Positions 31,791 to 41,853 of a stretch of 64,000 nt of DNA are shown piece after piece. The stretch covers positions 28,589 to 92,588 of the forward strand of contig CAZGBA010000004.1 in NCBI GenBank assembly GCA_964523435.1, read 5' to 3'. The stretch is from an uncultured Xanthomonas sp. GTDB lineage: Bacteria > Pseudomonadota > Gammaproteobacteria > Xanthomonadales > Xanthomonadaceae. The position numbers and the translations under genes are program-made. Under the pieces are notes generated by a model, which was not told the DNA's origin, made no database searches, and was given only the letters and a program-made list of their open reading frames with translations. How positions within the stretch are numbered: position 1 is the first letter of the stretch; each line of letters opens with the position of its first letter.

Positions 31791-32825
31791 TCAATCCTGT
31801 GTATGCCGCTCGGAAGCATGCTGTTCGTAAGCATGCAGCTCGGGAACGTCCGCCACCAGCACGGGTGGCAGATGCAGATACTTCGTCGTGCGCCGTTTGT
31901 TGGCGATGTCGTCGTAGATCGCCCGGGCCTGCGATTCGCCGATTCCCAGCGCGGCCGCGAGCGACGATGCCGTGTATCCGTGATTCAACGCGTACAGCGC
32001 CAGATCCATCTGTCGGTAGGGCAGTGCGAAATAGAATTCGTCCTGCCCCTGTTCGAGGCTGTAGGTGTCGGTGGTGGGGATCGCCGCGCAGACGCGTTCG
32101 GGCAGCCCGAGGTGACGGGCCATGCCGTAGACCTGGGATTTGTACAGATGCGCGATCGGCTTCACGTCGGCGGAGCCGTCGCCGTTCTTGACGAAGAAAC
32201 CCTGATCGTATTCGAGCCGGTTCGGGGTTCCGACCACGGCGTAATTCAGGCGGTCCGCGTGGAAGTATTCGAGGGTCTTGCGGATGCGCTGCTTGAAATT
32301 GGTCGCGGCGACGATGGTGAGGTAATCGGCCAGCGCCAGATCCCGTTCGTGCGAGGCGCCGTCGGGCGACTCGGCGATCAGCCGGAAGCGGTTGAAGCGC
32401 CCCTGGATGCCGCCATCGATCACGATCTTGAATTTCCAGCCGTCGCCGTATCCGGGCAGTGCGTTGCGCACCGCTGCGTCGCGTGCGCGATAGCAGCCGA
32501 TGGCCTCCAGCGCCGGTGCGATGTCCACCGTCTCGGTGCGGATGCCCAGGTGGTCGGCGAGGATGGTCGCCCGCGCGGCGCTGTCGTCGGAGGAATCGCG
32601 TTCCGGCAGGATCAGGCCGAACACGCGATCCGGGCCGAGCGCGCGCACCGCCAGCGAGACGCTCGCCGAGCTGTCGATGCCGCCGGAAATCGCGACCACC
32701 AGCCCGCGGCGATGCAACTGCCGCGCGGTGATTTCGCGGAGACGTGCGGCGATGCGATCGGCTTCCTGTTCGTAATCGATGTCGAGCGCGCTCCAGTCGA
32801 GCGTATTGGCGTTGGCGGCATTCAT
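31791..32825 (-). CDS. nadE: NAD+ synthetase-like (NH3-dependent NadE family) protein
   Basis: AISGGIDSS PP-loop, NFKQRIR, GTPNRLE, KNGDG, HLYKSQVY. Confidence 0.85.
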   Translation of the reverse strand: MNAANANTLDWSALDIDYEQEADRIAARLREITARQLHRRGLVVAISGGIDSSASVSLAVRALGPDRVFGLILPERDSSDDSAARATILADHLGIRTETVDIAPALEAIGCYRARDAAVRNALPGYGDGWKFKIVIDGGIQGRFNRFRLIAESPDGASHERDLALADYLTIVAATNFKQRIRKTLEYFHADRLNYAVVGTPNRLEYDQGFFVKNGDGSADVKPIAHLYKSQVYGMARHLGLPERVCAAIPTTDTYSLEQGQDEFYFALPYRQMDLALYALNHGYTASSLAAALGIGESQARAIYDDIANKRRTTKYLHLPPVLVADVPELHAYEQHASERHTQD

Positions 32826-34357
32826 GGTGTGGTTTGCGGTTCCAGAAGGGCGGCGCGACGGACCTTGCCGGACGCGGTGCGCGGCAGGGCGGAGACGAAT
32901 TCGATCTCGCGCGGGATCTTGTAGCTGGCCAAGCGCTCCCGGCAGTGCGCCTTGATCATGTTTTCGCTGTGCGGCGGCAGGCCTGGCGCAACGACGAAGG
33001 CCTTCACCACCTGGCCGAGAACGCTGTCGTCGATACCGACCACGGCGACCTCGGTGACGCCGGGTACTTCGTGGATCACGTCCTCGATATCGTTCGGGTG
33101 CACACGATGCGCGCCGGTCTTGATCATGTCGCTGCGTCGACCGTCGAGGTACAGGAAGCCGTCGGCATCGAGGTGGCCCATGTCGCCGGTGCGCAGCCAG
33201 CCGTTGCGCAGCACCGACGCGCTGGCGTCGGGGTTGTTCCAGTAGCCGCGCATGACGTTGGCGCCGCGCACCCAGACTTCGCCGGGTTCGTGGAGGTCGG
33301 CGACGCGGCCGTCTTCGCATTCGATGCGCAGTTCGACGCCGTCGACGGGGATGCCGACCGAGCCGATTTTCTCGTCGAGCCGTTCGGGCGGCAGCCAGGT
33401 CAGCCGCGAGGTGGCTTCGGTCTGGCCGTACATCACGAACAGGCGCGCAGCCGGCAGCGCGCTGCGCAGCCGGCGGGTGAGGGAGGAACTCATCGCGCCC
33501 CCGGCCTGGGTGAGATAGCGCAGCGACGAGAGATCGTAATCGGTAAGTTTGACCCGCTCCAGCAGCAGCGCATAGGTCGATGGCACGCCTGAGAAACCGG
33601 TGATCCGTTCGCGCGCGATGGTGTCCATCAGCATGTGCGGGAACAGCAGGTTCTGCGCGAGCACCACGCAGCCGCCCGAAATCAGGTGCGTGTGCAGCAC
33701 TGATGCGCCGTAGGCGTAATAGAACGCGAGGATCGACAGCACGCTGTCGTGCTCGTCCAGTGCGAGATAGCGCACGACCGCACTGGCATTCGCCAGCAGA
33801 TTGGCGTGGGTCAGGGTGACGCCCTTGGGCGCGCCGGTGGTGCCCGAGGTGTAGAGAATGACGGCAGCGTCATCGGCTGCGATGGCGTTCGCGTCGATAT
33901 CGCTGTCGATTCCGCTCGTGGATGCCCCCTGCGGAGACAACGGGTGATCCGCGCCGATCGGCCAGCGCTCGATCGGCGCATGTCCGCTCGATGCATCGGC
34001 GTTCGAGATCGCTTCGACGGCATCGCCGTGGCTGTGTTCGTAGACGATATGGCGCGCGTCGCAGTGTCGCAGCCAGGATTCGAAATCGCGTGCGCGCGCC
34101 TGTGCGTTCAGCGGTGCGGCGATGCCCCCGGCGAGCCAGCAGCCGTAGCAGGCGACCGCCGCTTCGATCCGGTTCGGCAGCAGGATCGCCACGCGTTCGC
34201 CCTTGCGCAGGCCGCGTGCGCGCAGCGCCTGCGCGAAATTCCTCGCCTCGTCCCAGAACTCCGCGTAGCGGATCCGGCGATCGTCGGCGACGATCGCCAC
34301 GCGTTGCGGATGCTGTCTCACGACATCGGCCACCCGGGCGGCGATCGTCGGCATCAC
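32822..34357 (-). CDS. AMP-dependent acyl-CoA/acyl-ACP ligase
   Basis: YTSGTTGAPKG, YGQTE, TGDMG, LPRTASGK. Confidence 0.92.
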   Translation of the reverse strand: MMPTIAARVADVVRQHPQRVAIVADDRRIRYAEFWDEARNFAQALRARGLRKGERVAILLPNRIEAAVACYGCWLAGGIAAPLNAQARARDFESWLRHCDARHIVYEHSHGDAVEAISNADASSGHAPIERWPIGADHPLSPQGASTSGIDSDIDANAIAADDAAVILYTSGTTGAPKGVTLTHANLLANASAVVRYLALDEHDSVLSILAFYYAYGASVLHTHLISGGCVVLAQNLLFPHMLMDTIARERITGFSGVPSTYALLLERVKLTDYDLSSLRYLTQAGGAMSSSLTRRLRSALPAARLFVMYGQTEATSRLTWLPPERLDEKIGSVGIPVDGVELRIECEDGRVADLHEPGEVWVRGANVMRGYWNNPDASASVLRNGWLRTGDMGHLDADGFLYLDGRRSDMIKTGAHRVHPNDIEDVIHEVPGVTEVAVVGIDDSVLGQVVKAFVVAPGLPPHSENMIKAHCRERLASYKIPREIEFVSALPRTASGKVRRAALLEPQTTP

Positions 34358-34366
34358 GCGTGCCTG

Positions 34367-34621
34367 TCAGGCCAGTTTTCGATCGATGAACGCGTCGATC
34401 AGTTCGAGCGTATCGAAGTTGTCCGGGGTCATTTCCTCCGGAGCGATCGTGAACTTGAACTCCTCCTCGATGAACATGATGAGTTCGTAGATGCCGGTGG
34501 AGTCGAGGATACCGCCGCGGACCAGGGAGTCCTGGTCGCCTATGGCGTTGTCGTCATTGGAGAACAGGAAGTTCTTGAGGATGTATTGCTTGATCCGATG
34601 ACTTTGTTTTTGCCGCTGCAT
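34367..34621 (-). CDS. Acyl carrier protein
   Basis: Small acidic protein; GILDS pantetheinylation motif; NFDTL. Confidence 0.85.
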   Translation of the reverse strand: MQRQKQSHRIKQYILKNFLFSNDDNAIGDQDSLVRGGILDSTGIYELIMFIEEEFKFTIAPEEMTPDNFDTLELIDAFIDRKLA

Positions 34622-34820
34622 ACATGCGTCCCCGTGTCGAAAGTCTCAACGCAACAAAGACTGGACGGCGGCCACGGGGGTACGCCGCGGTCCGATGCGT
34701 GGCGATGGTGATCCGGAGCAGTCCGGTCGCTTGGGGATCCCGTGGATAGAATAGCCTTCCTTCCCACGTATCGAAAGCAGAATACGCATGCCGGACATCG
34801 TCAGGACCTCCCGATCCACC

Positions 34821-36017
34821 ATGGATGCGCGCCTTGCCTGTTTGCGCCCGCTGCTGGCGCTGTTGTCGTTGGCGCTGGCCGCCTGCGGTGCGGGCGCCCC
34901 GCCGCCGCCGACCGAACCGCCGCGTGAGGTCGTGGACGCGAAGCCGCAGCGGGTGGCTTCGGAGCGGGTGGCATTCGAGGTGGTTGAACGCGTCGCCGGG
35001 CTGGAGCATCCGTGGGCGCTGGCGTTTCTGCCCGATGGCGGGATGCTGGTCACCGAGCGCGCCGGCCGCCTGCGCAGGATCAATGCCGACGGCTCGGTAT
35101 CCGCGCCGATCGTGGGCTTGCCGAAGATCTTCGTCGATGGTCAGGCCGGCCTGCTCGATGTCGTGCTTTCGCCGACCTTCGTCGACGACCATTGGGTTTA
35201 TCTATCGTTCGCCGAACCGAATCTGCGCGGCAACAAGGCTGGCACTGCGGTCGCGCGCGGGCGTCTTGACGGCGATGCGCTGTTGGACATTGAGGTGATC
35301 TATCGCCAGGAGCCGAAACTCTCCAGCGGCACCCACGTCGGTTCGCGACTGGTGTTCGACGATGCCGGGCATCTGTTCGTCACCCAGGGCGAGAATCGCG
35401 TGGCCGAAGCGGCGCAGCCGCTCGACAAGCTTCAGGGCAAACTGGTGCGGATCTGGCCCGACGGCCGTATCCCCGACGACAACCCGTTCGTGAAGCGCGA
35501 AGGCGCGCGCCCGGAGATATGGTCTTACGGTCATCGCAACATGCAGGGCGCGGCGCTGCATCCGGTGACGCGCCGGCTGTGGACCAGCGAGCACGGGCCG
35601 ATGGGCGGCGATGAGCTCAACATCCCGCAGGCCGGCCGCAACTACGGTTGGCCGGTGGTCACTTTCGGCAAGGACTACAGCGGTTCGCCGGTGCCGGGAT
35701 CGACCGGCAGGTCCGCGCCGGGGATGGAGCCGCCGCATCATGTCTGGGAAGTGTCGCCAGCGCTCAGCGGAATGTTGTTCTACAGCGGCAAGGCATTCCC
35801 GGAGTGGAAGGGAAACCTGTTTCAGGGCGCATTGGCCAAGACCGCGCTGATCCGGCTCGAACTGGAGGGCGACCGGATCGTCCACGAAGAGCGTCTGCTG
35901 ACCGATCGCGCGGAACGCATCCGCGACGTGCGCGAAGGCCCCGACGGCGCGATCTATGTGTTGACCGACGAGGAGAACGGCAAGCTGCTGCGGATCCAGC
36001 GCGCCGTATCGCAGTAG
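34821..36017 (+). CDS. PQQ-dependent sugar (glucose/sorbosone) dehydrogenase lipoprotein
   Basis: GLEHPWALAFLPDG, SYGHRNMQG, EHGPMGGDELN, NYGWP; lipobox LAAC. Confidence 0.9.
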   Translation: MDARLACLRPLLALLSLALAACGAGAPPPPTEPPREVVDAKPQRVASERVAFEVVERVAGLEHPWALAFLPDGGMLVTERAGRLRRINADGSVSAPIVGLPKIFVDGQAGLLDVVLSPTFVDDHWVYLSFAEPNLRGNKAGTAVARGRLDGDALLDIEVIYRQEPKLSSGTHVGSRLVFDDAGHLFVTQGENRVAEAAQPLDKLQGKLVRIWPDGRIPDDNPFVKREGARPEIWSYGHRNMQGAALHPVTRRLWTSEHGPMGGDELNIPQAGRNYGWPVVTFGKDYSGSPVPGSTGRSAPGMEPPHHVWEVSPALSGMLFYSGKAFPEWKGNLFQGALAKTALIRLELEGDRIVHEERLLTDRAERIRDVREGPDGAIYVLTDEENGKLLRIQRAVSQ

Positions 36018-36127
36018 GGCGGGCCCTGGCCCGCCATTGCCATCTGCGCGACGAAGATTGCAATGATCGAATTTGCTTCGATCGACATGTGAAGCGACCG
36101 GTGAAACCGCAATGGCGGGCTTGAGCC

Positions 36128-36324
36128 TGAGGTATCCCCACTTTTTCCTCAAGAAAATCAAACGGATCGATTGATTGGCAGTCACCGTTCTTTTTTGCCC
36201 GCCGTTCCCGCGAACGCGGGAACCCAGTGTCTTTGCGTTGCGCAGAAGCTGAAAGTCGCTGGATCCCCGCGTTCGCGGGGATGACGACGCTTTTTTGAAA
36301 CGCTTGAAAAGTGGGGATATCTCA
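36128..36324. mobile_element. MITE-like 197-bp element with 18-bp terminal inverted repeats and ~10-bp target duplication
   Basis: TGAGGTATCCCCACTTTT / AAAAGTGGGGATATCTCA (1 mismatch); flanks ggcttgagcc / ggcttgagtc; no transposase. Confidence 0.7.
36200..36286. repeat. Palindromic TCCCGCGAACGCGGGA-type repeat pair inside the MITE
   Basis: gttcccgcgaacgcgggaacccag ... ctggatccccgcgttcgcggggatgac. Confidence 0.75.
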
Positions 36325-36338
36325 GGCTTGAGTCCGCC

Positions 36339-37268
36339 CTACGCCAACGGTTTTCGGCCGATGAAATCCACCGTCGTGATGCACAGCTTTTCCTCGGGAA
36401 TTCCAGCGAATTCCGGCGCGACGGTCATCGCGCGCAGCTGTTCAAGACGCTGCGGACGCGCATGCGAGGTGTCGAGCAGCATCTCGAAGCCCGCGTCGCG
36501 CGCCGCGCCGACGAGCTGGTGCGCGCGCAGCCGGTTCTGGTAGAGGAAACCGTTGTTCCAGAAGGCCCACTGCCGGTCGGTGAATCGCAGGTAATTGAGC
36601 TGATGGACCTTCGGATCGGCGTAGGCGTAGTGATCGCCGCAGTTCACCGAATGGAAGATCAGGCCGCCGGGACGCAGCAGGCGCAGCGAGGCGCGATGCA
36701 GGCGGTCGATGGCGTCCGGCGGCACGTGTTCGAGCACGCTGTTGGAGAAGATGATATCGACCGCGCCGTCTTCGAGACCCGGATCGGCGGCGTCGGCCGG
36801 CGCGCGGTACTGGATCACATCGTCGCTGAGTTCCGCAGGGTCGGTGGCATCTGCTGCGGCGAGCAGACGCCGATAGCGCGATTGCACGTCCGCGAGCGGC
36901 ACCTGACAAGCCGTCGCGATCCGCGGCAGCGCTTCGCCCAGAATCCCGATGCACAGCCGCATCAGATCCGGTTTGAGCAGACGATTGAGGTCGCAGGTGT
37001 ACACGCGCGCCGCGCCGCCGAGGTAGCACGCCAGAGGCAGCGCCGGATACCAGCCGCTGCCGACTTCCATCAGGCGCGCGTCGCGGATATCGGCGCCGAC
37101 GGTATGCAATTGCTTCGCCATCAACTCCCAATCGTCGATCTTGAGCAGGATCTCGCGTCGCGGGTTGCGCATGCCGCCCAATCTGCGCTGCAGCTGGTAG
37201 TGCAGCGGCTCGCCCCAGGGCAGTACGCCAAGTGTTTTCTGCAGGAGCCCCTTGATTCGCCAGTGCAT
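36339..37268 (-). CDS. Class I SAM-dependent methyltransferase
   Basis: MEVGSG, DIIFSNSVLEHV, LLRPGG. Confidence 0.85.
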   Translation of the reverse strand: MHWRIKGLLQKTLGVLPWGEPLHYQLQRRLGGMRNPRREILLKIDDWELMAKQLHTVGADIRDARLMEVGSGWYPALPLACYLGGAARVYTCDLNRLLKPDLMRLCIGILGEALPRIATACQVPLADVQSRYRRLLAAADATDPAELSDDVIQYRAPADAADPGLEDGAVDIIFSNSVLEHVPPDAIDRLHRASLRLLRPGGLIFHSVNCGDHYAYADPKVHQLNYLRFTDRQWAFWNNGFLYQNRLRAHQLVGAARDAGFEMLLDTSHARPQRLEQLRAMTVAPEFAGIPEEKLCITTVDFIGRKPLA

Positions 37269-37302
37269 GGGTGTGGTGTCTTCCGTTTCGAGTGTGAAAG
37301 GA

Positions 37303-39282
37303 TCAGGCGCCGGGACCGGCGACTGCGGGTTCGCGCGAGCTGTCCGCTGCATCGCGAAGAGAATCATCGATCAGCATCGTCGACAGCACGCCGACGAAGG
37401 CCTGGTTGTCGGCGAACCCGGTCGCGCGGCCGGCGCGGCATTTGTCGAACAGCCGGCCGACGGCATCCGCGTCGAAATAGCCGGCGGCGCGGATTCGCGC
37501 TTCGCTCATCAGATCGGCGACGTAATCCAGCGGCGCACCGTCGAAGAAGAAACTCGTACTGTCGGGCGCGCGATACGGCTGTTTGGTGCGGTTGACGATA
37601 TCTTCCGGCAGCAGATTCGCCAGCGCGCGCCGCAGCAGGTATTTCTCGGTCATACCGCGGATCTTGAAGCTGGGCGGCAGTCTGTTGGCGAATTCGATGA
37701 CCCGGTGATCGAGATACGGGAAGCGGCCTTCGATCGAGTTCGCCATCGCCGCACGATCGCCCTGCGACGACAGCAGATAGCCGGCGAGCAGGGATTTGGC
37801 TTCGACGTACTGGTCGCGCGCGAGCGGGCTCCAGTCGCCGATGTTCGCAGGCAAGGTCGCCTCGAAGGCGTCCAGTGGATTGAAGGTTCCGATTTCGGCG
37901 CGCATCTCCGCCGACAGCAGCCCGAGCGCGCGCTGCGAGGTGGTCCAGCGCGGGGCGTGCGCGAAGATCGGCCGCTGCAGATGGTCCATGCCCTGACCGA
38001 AGAACGATTGCGCAAACGCCGGATTGCGCACCGGCGAATTCGGCAGGTAGCCGTACAGGCGTTCGAGCAGGCGCGGACGCAGTGTCGACTGCGGCTGCTG
38101 CGCCCAGAAGCGGCGCACTTTGGCTTCCTTGAACAGGTCGTAGCCGCCGAAGACTTCATCCGCGCCTTCGCCGGTCAACACGACCTTGTAGCCGTGTTCG
38201 CGCACGCTGCCGGCGAGCAGCATCAGTGGCACCGGCGCGGTGCGCAATACCGGCGTTTCGGCATGACGGATCAGCTGCGGGAAGGCGTTGCCGATGTCGC
38301 GACGGGTGCAGCGCAGTGTGGTGTGGTCGGTGCGCAGATGCCTCACCATCGCCTGCTGGTATTCGCTCTCGTCGAACTCTCCGTCCTCGAACGCGACCGA
38401 GAACGTGCGCACCGGCGTGTCGGTGAAACCTCTGATCATCGCGACGATGCCGGAGGAATCGAGTCCGCCGCTGAGATATGCGCCCACCGGCACGTCGGCG
38501 CGCAATTGCAGGCGTACCGCGTCGATCAGCAGTTCGCGCAGTTCGGCGGTCGCGGCTTCGACGCTCTGCGGATAGCGCGACGGCGAGGTGTCGACGGCAT
38601 CCGGAAAGGTCCAGTCCCAGTATTGCCGCAGGGTTTCGCGGCCGTCGTGTTCGATCGCCAGCGTATGTCCCGGCGGCAGGCTGTCGATGCCGCGATAGAC
38701 CGTGTGCGGCGCGATCGGCGACCAGGTGCTGAAGGTTTCGGCCAGCGCCAGCGGGTCGAGCGCCGCGCACTGCGGCAGCACCGCGAGCAGGGCCTTGGCT
38801 TCGGATGCAAACCAGATCCGGCCGTCGCTGCGGGCGAGCAACAGCGGACGGATGCCGGCGCGGTCGCGCGCCAGCACCAACCGGCGGCGTTCGCTGTCCC
38901 ACAGCGCGATCGCGAACTGGCCGTTGAGATGTTCGACGAAGCGATCGCCGTCGCGGTCGTACAGATGCACGATCACTTCGGTGTCGGACTGCGTGTAGAA
39001 GACGCGACCTTCGGCTTCGAGTTCGCGCCGCAGTTCGAGGTAGTTGAAGATTTCGCCATTGAACACGGTCCATACCGTGCCGCGCGGATTGCGGATCGGC
39101 TGGTCGCCGGTGGTCAGATCGATGATCGACAGCCGTGCGTGCGCAAGGCCGACGCCGTTTCCGGCGTGATAGCCATAGCCGTCGGGCCCGCGATGGGCGA
39201 GGGTGTGGATCATGCGTCGGAGCAGTGGATGCGCCGTCTCGGCGCATACCTCTGGCCCGCTGAATCCCGCGATTCCGCACAC
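37303..39282 (-). CDS. asnB: Asparagine synthase (glutamine-hydrolysing)-like amidotransferase
   Basis: N-terminal MCGIAG, HRGPD, FNGEIFN, YLSGGLDSS, TGEGADE. Confidence 0.92.
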   Translation of the reverse strand: MCGIAGFSGPEVCAETAHPLLRRMIHTLAHRGPDGYGYHAGNGVGLAHARLSIIDLTTGDQPIRNPRGTVWTVFNGEIFNYLELRRELEAEGRVFYTQSDTEVIVHLYDRDGDRFVEHLNGQFAIALWDSERRRLVLARDRAGIRPLLLARSDGRIWFASEAKALLAVLPQCAALDPLALAETFSTWSPIAPHTVYRGIDSLPPGHTLAIEHDGRETLRQYWDWTFPDAVDTSPSRYPQSVEAATAELRELLIDAVRLQLRADVPVGAYLSGGLDSSGIVAMIRGFTDTPVRTFSVAFEDGEFDESEYQQAMVRHLRTDHTTLRCTRRDIGNAFPQLIRHAETPVLRTAPVPLMLLAGSVREHGYKVVLTGEGADEVFGGYDLFKEAKVRRFWAQQPQSTLRPRLLERLYGYLPNSPVRNPAFAQSFFGQGMDHLQRPIFAHAPRWTTSQRALGLLSAEMRAEIGTFNPLDAFEATLPANIGDWSPLARDQYVEAKSLLAGYLLSSQGDRAAMANSIEGRFPYLDHRVIEFANRLPPSFKIRGMTEKYLLRRALANLLPEDIVNRTKQPYRAPDSTSFFFDGAPLDYVADLMSEARIRAAGYFDADAVGRLFDKCRAGRATGFADNQAFVGVLSTMLIDDSLRDAADSSREPAVAGPGA

Positions 39283-39374
39283 GTCGTGATTTCCCCTGTA
39301 ACAGACGCGGCCCTGGGCCGGGTTGTCCTCAGTAAACGCAAAATGCCCCGGGCGTCAGCCACCCCTGGCTGGCG

Positions 39375-40529
39375 CTACTTCACTGCGGTCAACGCTTCCT
39401 CGCAGGCGCGTAGTGTATCCGTCGCGACCGCATCCCAGCCGCGCGAGAACCGGCGCGACAGGGCGGTCTCGTCCCATGGCCGGTCGAGCGCATCGCGCAG
39501 CCCCCTGGCCAGGGCCACGGGATCGCGCGCCGGCACCAGCAGGCCGCAGTCGGCGTCCACCACTTCGGGGATGCCGCCGACCGGCGTCGCCAGCACCGGA
39601 CGGCCGCAGGCCAGCGCTTCGACCAGCACATTCGGATGGCCTTCGGAGTAGCTGGGCAGGGTGACCAGATCCGAAGCCGCCATCCAGCGCGCGACCTCGT
39701 GCGGACCCTGCGCGCCGGGCAGGCGCACACGCAGCGTGGGATCGGCGGCGATGCGGGCATCGAGTTCCGCGCGCATCGGGCCTTCGCCGATCAGCGCCAA
39801 CTGCAATTTCGGCCGCTGCGGCGCCAGCGCGGCCATCGCATCGAGCAGTTCGCGCAGGCCTTTTTCCGGCACCAGCCGCCCGACATAGACCACCAGTTCG
39901 GCATCCGCATCGATGCCGAGTGCGGAGCGGGCATCGGCGCGCGATTGCGGGTGGAAGATGGTCGCATCGCAGCCGTTGGGAATCGCGCGGATGCGTGCGG
40001 GATCGGCGTCGTAGTCGCGCGCGGCGACCCGGCCCAGATCTTCGCTGACCACGAGGATGCGCTGCGCGGCGTGCAGCACCGGACGCGTGAGGCGTTTGCT
40101 GATGGCGTCGCGCACGCGCAGGTCCGAACCGCGTGCGCCGACCACCAGCGGCAGGCCGGCGCGCCGCGCGGCCTGCATCGCGCCGAAAGCATCGGGATAC
40201 AGCCAATACGACAGCACCACATCTGGCGCGAATTCGCGCAGCGGTGCATGCAGGGTGCGCGCGCACAGCCAGCCGTTGAACGGTCGGCTGATCATCGGCA
40301 GCGCCGGATAATCGATGTAGCGCACATCGCAACCCGGCACGGTATGCGCGGCATCCGCGGCGCGGAACAGATAGCTGCGCGGTTTCGCCCAGCGCGGATA
40401 GCTGGCGACCGGGCTGAGCACGCGCACGTCGGCGAGTTTCGACAGTTCGCGCACGGTTTGGTGGATCGGCCGGCCGCGGTTGGGCTCGCCGGCGATGGGG
40501 AACTGCGAGGTGACGATCAGGATGCGCAT
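39375..40529 (-). CDS. Glycosyltransferase family 4
   Basis: VGRLVPEKG, PSYSEGHPNVLVEA, VGGIPE. Confidence 0.9.
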   Translation of the reverse strand: MRILIVTSQFPIAGEPNRGRPIHQTVRELSKLADVRVLSPVASYPRWAKPRSYLFRAADAAHTVPGCDVRYIDYPALPMISRPFNGWLCARTLHAPLREFAPDVVLSYWLYPDAFGAMQAARRAGLPLVVGARGSDLRVRDAISKRLTRPVLHAAQRILVVSEDLGRVAARDYDADPARIRAIPNGCDATIFHPQSRADARSALGIDADAELVVYVGRLVPEKGLRELLDAMAALAPQRPKLQLALIGEGPMRAELDARIAADPTLRVRLPGAQGPHEVARWMAASDLVTLPSYSEGHPNVLVEALACGRPVLATPVGGIPEVVDADCGLLVPARDPVALARGLRDALDRPWDETALSRRFSRGWDAVATDTLRACEEALTAVK

Positions 40530-40668
40530 GTGCGGTAGCTCAGGAATCGCTGCGCGGACGGACATTTCCGGTCGCCACCGGCGCTGTCCCTGCCCAGCGG
40601 AGAAATTCGTTGTTGATTCGGGGAGTTCATGGTTGGAGGGAAACGTGGAGTACGGAGATGCCGGGCGG

Positions 40669-41688
40669 ATGAGCGGTGAGCGCACTCCACGCGTGGGCGA
40701 ACTCGACGCCCTGCGCGGACTCGCCGCGATCAGCGTGGTCGTGTTCCATTACACCACGTTCTATCAGCAGGAGCAGGGCCACCTGCAACCCCTGGGCTTC
40801 GGCTTTCCTGCGGGCAACTATGGCGTGCATCTGTTCTTCCTGATCAGCGGTTTCGTGATTTTCATGACCCTGGAACGCACCCGGACGGCGATGGATTTCA
40901 TCGTGTCGCGTTTCTCGCGGCTGTTCCCGGCCTACTGGGCGGCGATCGCGATCACCGCCGCCGTGATCTACACGGTCGGCATGCCGGAGCAGCGGATTCC
41001 TCCGGGACATCTCGCGGCCAACGTCACGATGTTGCAGGACGCACTCGGCTTCGAGCATCTCGACGGTTCGTACTGGACCCTGCAGGTCGAACTGTTCTTC
41101 TACGTGCAGATGCTGTGCTGGTTCCTGCTCGGTCAGCTCAAGCGCATCCACTGGATCATCGCGGTCTGGTTGTCCATCACCATCGTCTACGCGCAGACCG
41201 AACAGCATCACGTGCATTTCTCGTACATCCTGCGTGAACTGTTGATCCTGCGGCATATTCCGTTCTTCGCGCTTGGCATCCTCTTCTACCGTATCCATAG
41301 CCGCCCGGATACGCTGCGATCGAATCTGGTCCTGATCGCGCTGTCGCTGTTGTCGATCGGCCTCTGCTACGCGCCGGTGTATCTGGTCGTCGGCATCGTG
41401 TGTTCCGCGATCTTCGCGCTTTTCGTGACCGGGCGCCTGCGCTGGCTGCGCAAGGCGCCGTTCGTGTTTTTCGGCGGCATTTCCTACTCGCTGTATCTGC
41501 TCCATCAGGCCATCGGGTTCGCGCTCATCCATTGGCTGGAAGCGGCGGGCGTTCCGAGCCTCGTCGCCGTGGTGGTTGTGAGCCTCGCGGTGCTGGTGTT
41601 GTCCGCCGTGCTGACCTACGGCGTGGAACGGCCGGCGATGCGCCGTCTGCGCGATGGCTGGCGCAGGCGGAAAGAAGCCGCTGTGTAG
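40669..41688 (+). CDS. Acyltransferase-3 family membrane O-acyltransferase
   Basis: LDALRGLA, FFLISGFVI, YWTLQVE, ISYSLYLLH. Confidence 0.92.
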   Translation: MSGERTPRVGELDALRGLAAISVVVFHYTTFYQQEQGHLQPLGFGFPAGNYGVHLFFLISGFVIFMTLERTRTAMDFIVSRFSRLFPAYWAAIAITAAVIYTVGMPEQRIPPGHLAANVTMLQDALGFEHLDGSYWTLQVELFFYVQMLCWFLLGQLKRIHWIIAVWLSITIVYAQTEQHHVHFSYILRELLILRHIPFFALGILFYRIHSRPDTLRSNLVLIALSLLSIGLCYAPVYLVVGIVCSAIFALFVTGRLRWLRKAPFVFFGGISYSLYLLHQAIGFALIHWLEAAGVPSLVAVVVVSLAVLVLSAVLTYGVERPAMRRLRDGWRRRKEAAV

Positions 41689-41837
41689 GAGCTTCCTTGT
41701 AGGAGCGGCTTCAGCCGCGATCTTGGCGAAACCTGGTTTCAAACGGATCTGGCCAAACGGATCTGGATTGCGATGATCGATGCGATCCAGAGATTGCGTT
41801 CTTCGCGGCTGAAGCCGCTCCTACAGGGCGTTCCTAC
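41685..41837. repeat. GTAG-family REP doublet (REPIN) between convergent genes
   Basis: tgtaggagcggcttcagccgcga (41698-41720) and perfect inverse (41803-41825), with extra gtagga/tcctac flanks. Confidence 0.85.
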
Positions 41838-41853
41838 GCAGCTTCGACGAAGG

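Larger units (their letters stand above)
36014..36342. repeat. GTAG-family REP doublet (REPIN); second REP interrupted
   Basis: gtagggcgggccctggcccgccattgc ... gcaatggcgggcttgagcc[insert]ggcttgagtccgccctac. Confidence 0.75.

Noticed and set aside
30719-39282. NRPS/PKS or lasso-peptide cluster
   Set aside because: No condensation or ketosynthase domains and no lasso precursor or B protein; AsnB retains its glutaminase Cys and the context is EPS.
37252-39651. 799-aa plus-strand ORF and similar long antisense ORFs (58151-59998, 20181-21959, 16922-19021)
   Set aside because: Shadow or alternative frames typical of high-GC DNA; no motifs, and they overlap well-supported genes.
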